From contig OZ076409.1 in assembly GCA_964187785.1 (NCBI GenBank), positions 41,480,001-41,544,000 of the forward strand: a stretch of DNA of 64,000 nt, given 5' to 3'. The notes under the pieces are model-generated. The model had not been told where the DNA came from, ran no database searches, and saw nothing but the letters and a program-made list of their open reading frames with translations. The position numbers were made by a program, and so were the translations under genes. Shown here piece after piece: positions 63,858 through 64,000 of the stretch. Source of the stretch: Amphiscolops sp. MND2022 (taxonomy: Eukaryota). Positions within the stretch are counted from its first letter, which is position 1. Every line of letters starts with the position of its first letter.

Positions 63858-64000
63858 AGGCATTTCGGACTCGGGTTCGGGTTTTTGGGTTCGGGTCAAG
63901 TTTTTCGGATAATCGAATATTTTCGGATCGGGTTCGGATATCGTACTAATTTCAGGATCGGGTTTCGGGTATCAAAACTACCGGTTCGGGTTCGGGTAAT
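63858..64000. repeat. TCGGGT-rich repeat arm, likely a MITE end running out of the window
   Basis: Repeated TCGGGTTCGGG / TTCGGAT motifs. Confidence 0.55.

Overview
AT-rich, repeat-dense eukaryotic (invertebrate animal-like) DNA; no rRNA, true tRNA, CRISPR array or prokaryotic operon was seen. The dominant feature is a structurally complete but decayed 18,029-bp Ty3/Gypsy-type LTR element on the minus strand (3893-21921). It has ~400-bp TG...CA LTRs, a 4-bp TTAG target-site duplication and a PBS. It encodes a very long Gag-Pol (membrane-type 5' ORF, CA, CCHC knuckle, RS-rich tract, PR-RT-RH-IN), a chuvirus-G/herpes-gB-like class III fusion env, and further ORFs after env. It sits antisense inside a decayed relative that carries a homologue of the post-env ORF. 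One spliced host gene (~23.7-40.5 kb, +) encodes a NERD-like PD-(D/E)XK domain, an SF1 helicase and a helical C-terminus. The rest comprises two copies of a long ORF-bearing LTR, a 608-bp palindrome, three tandem duplications, CR1/L2-like and CRE-like LINE relics, a SINE, a Helentron-associated element and MITEs. All family calls come from manual motif recognition, not database searches.
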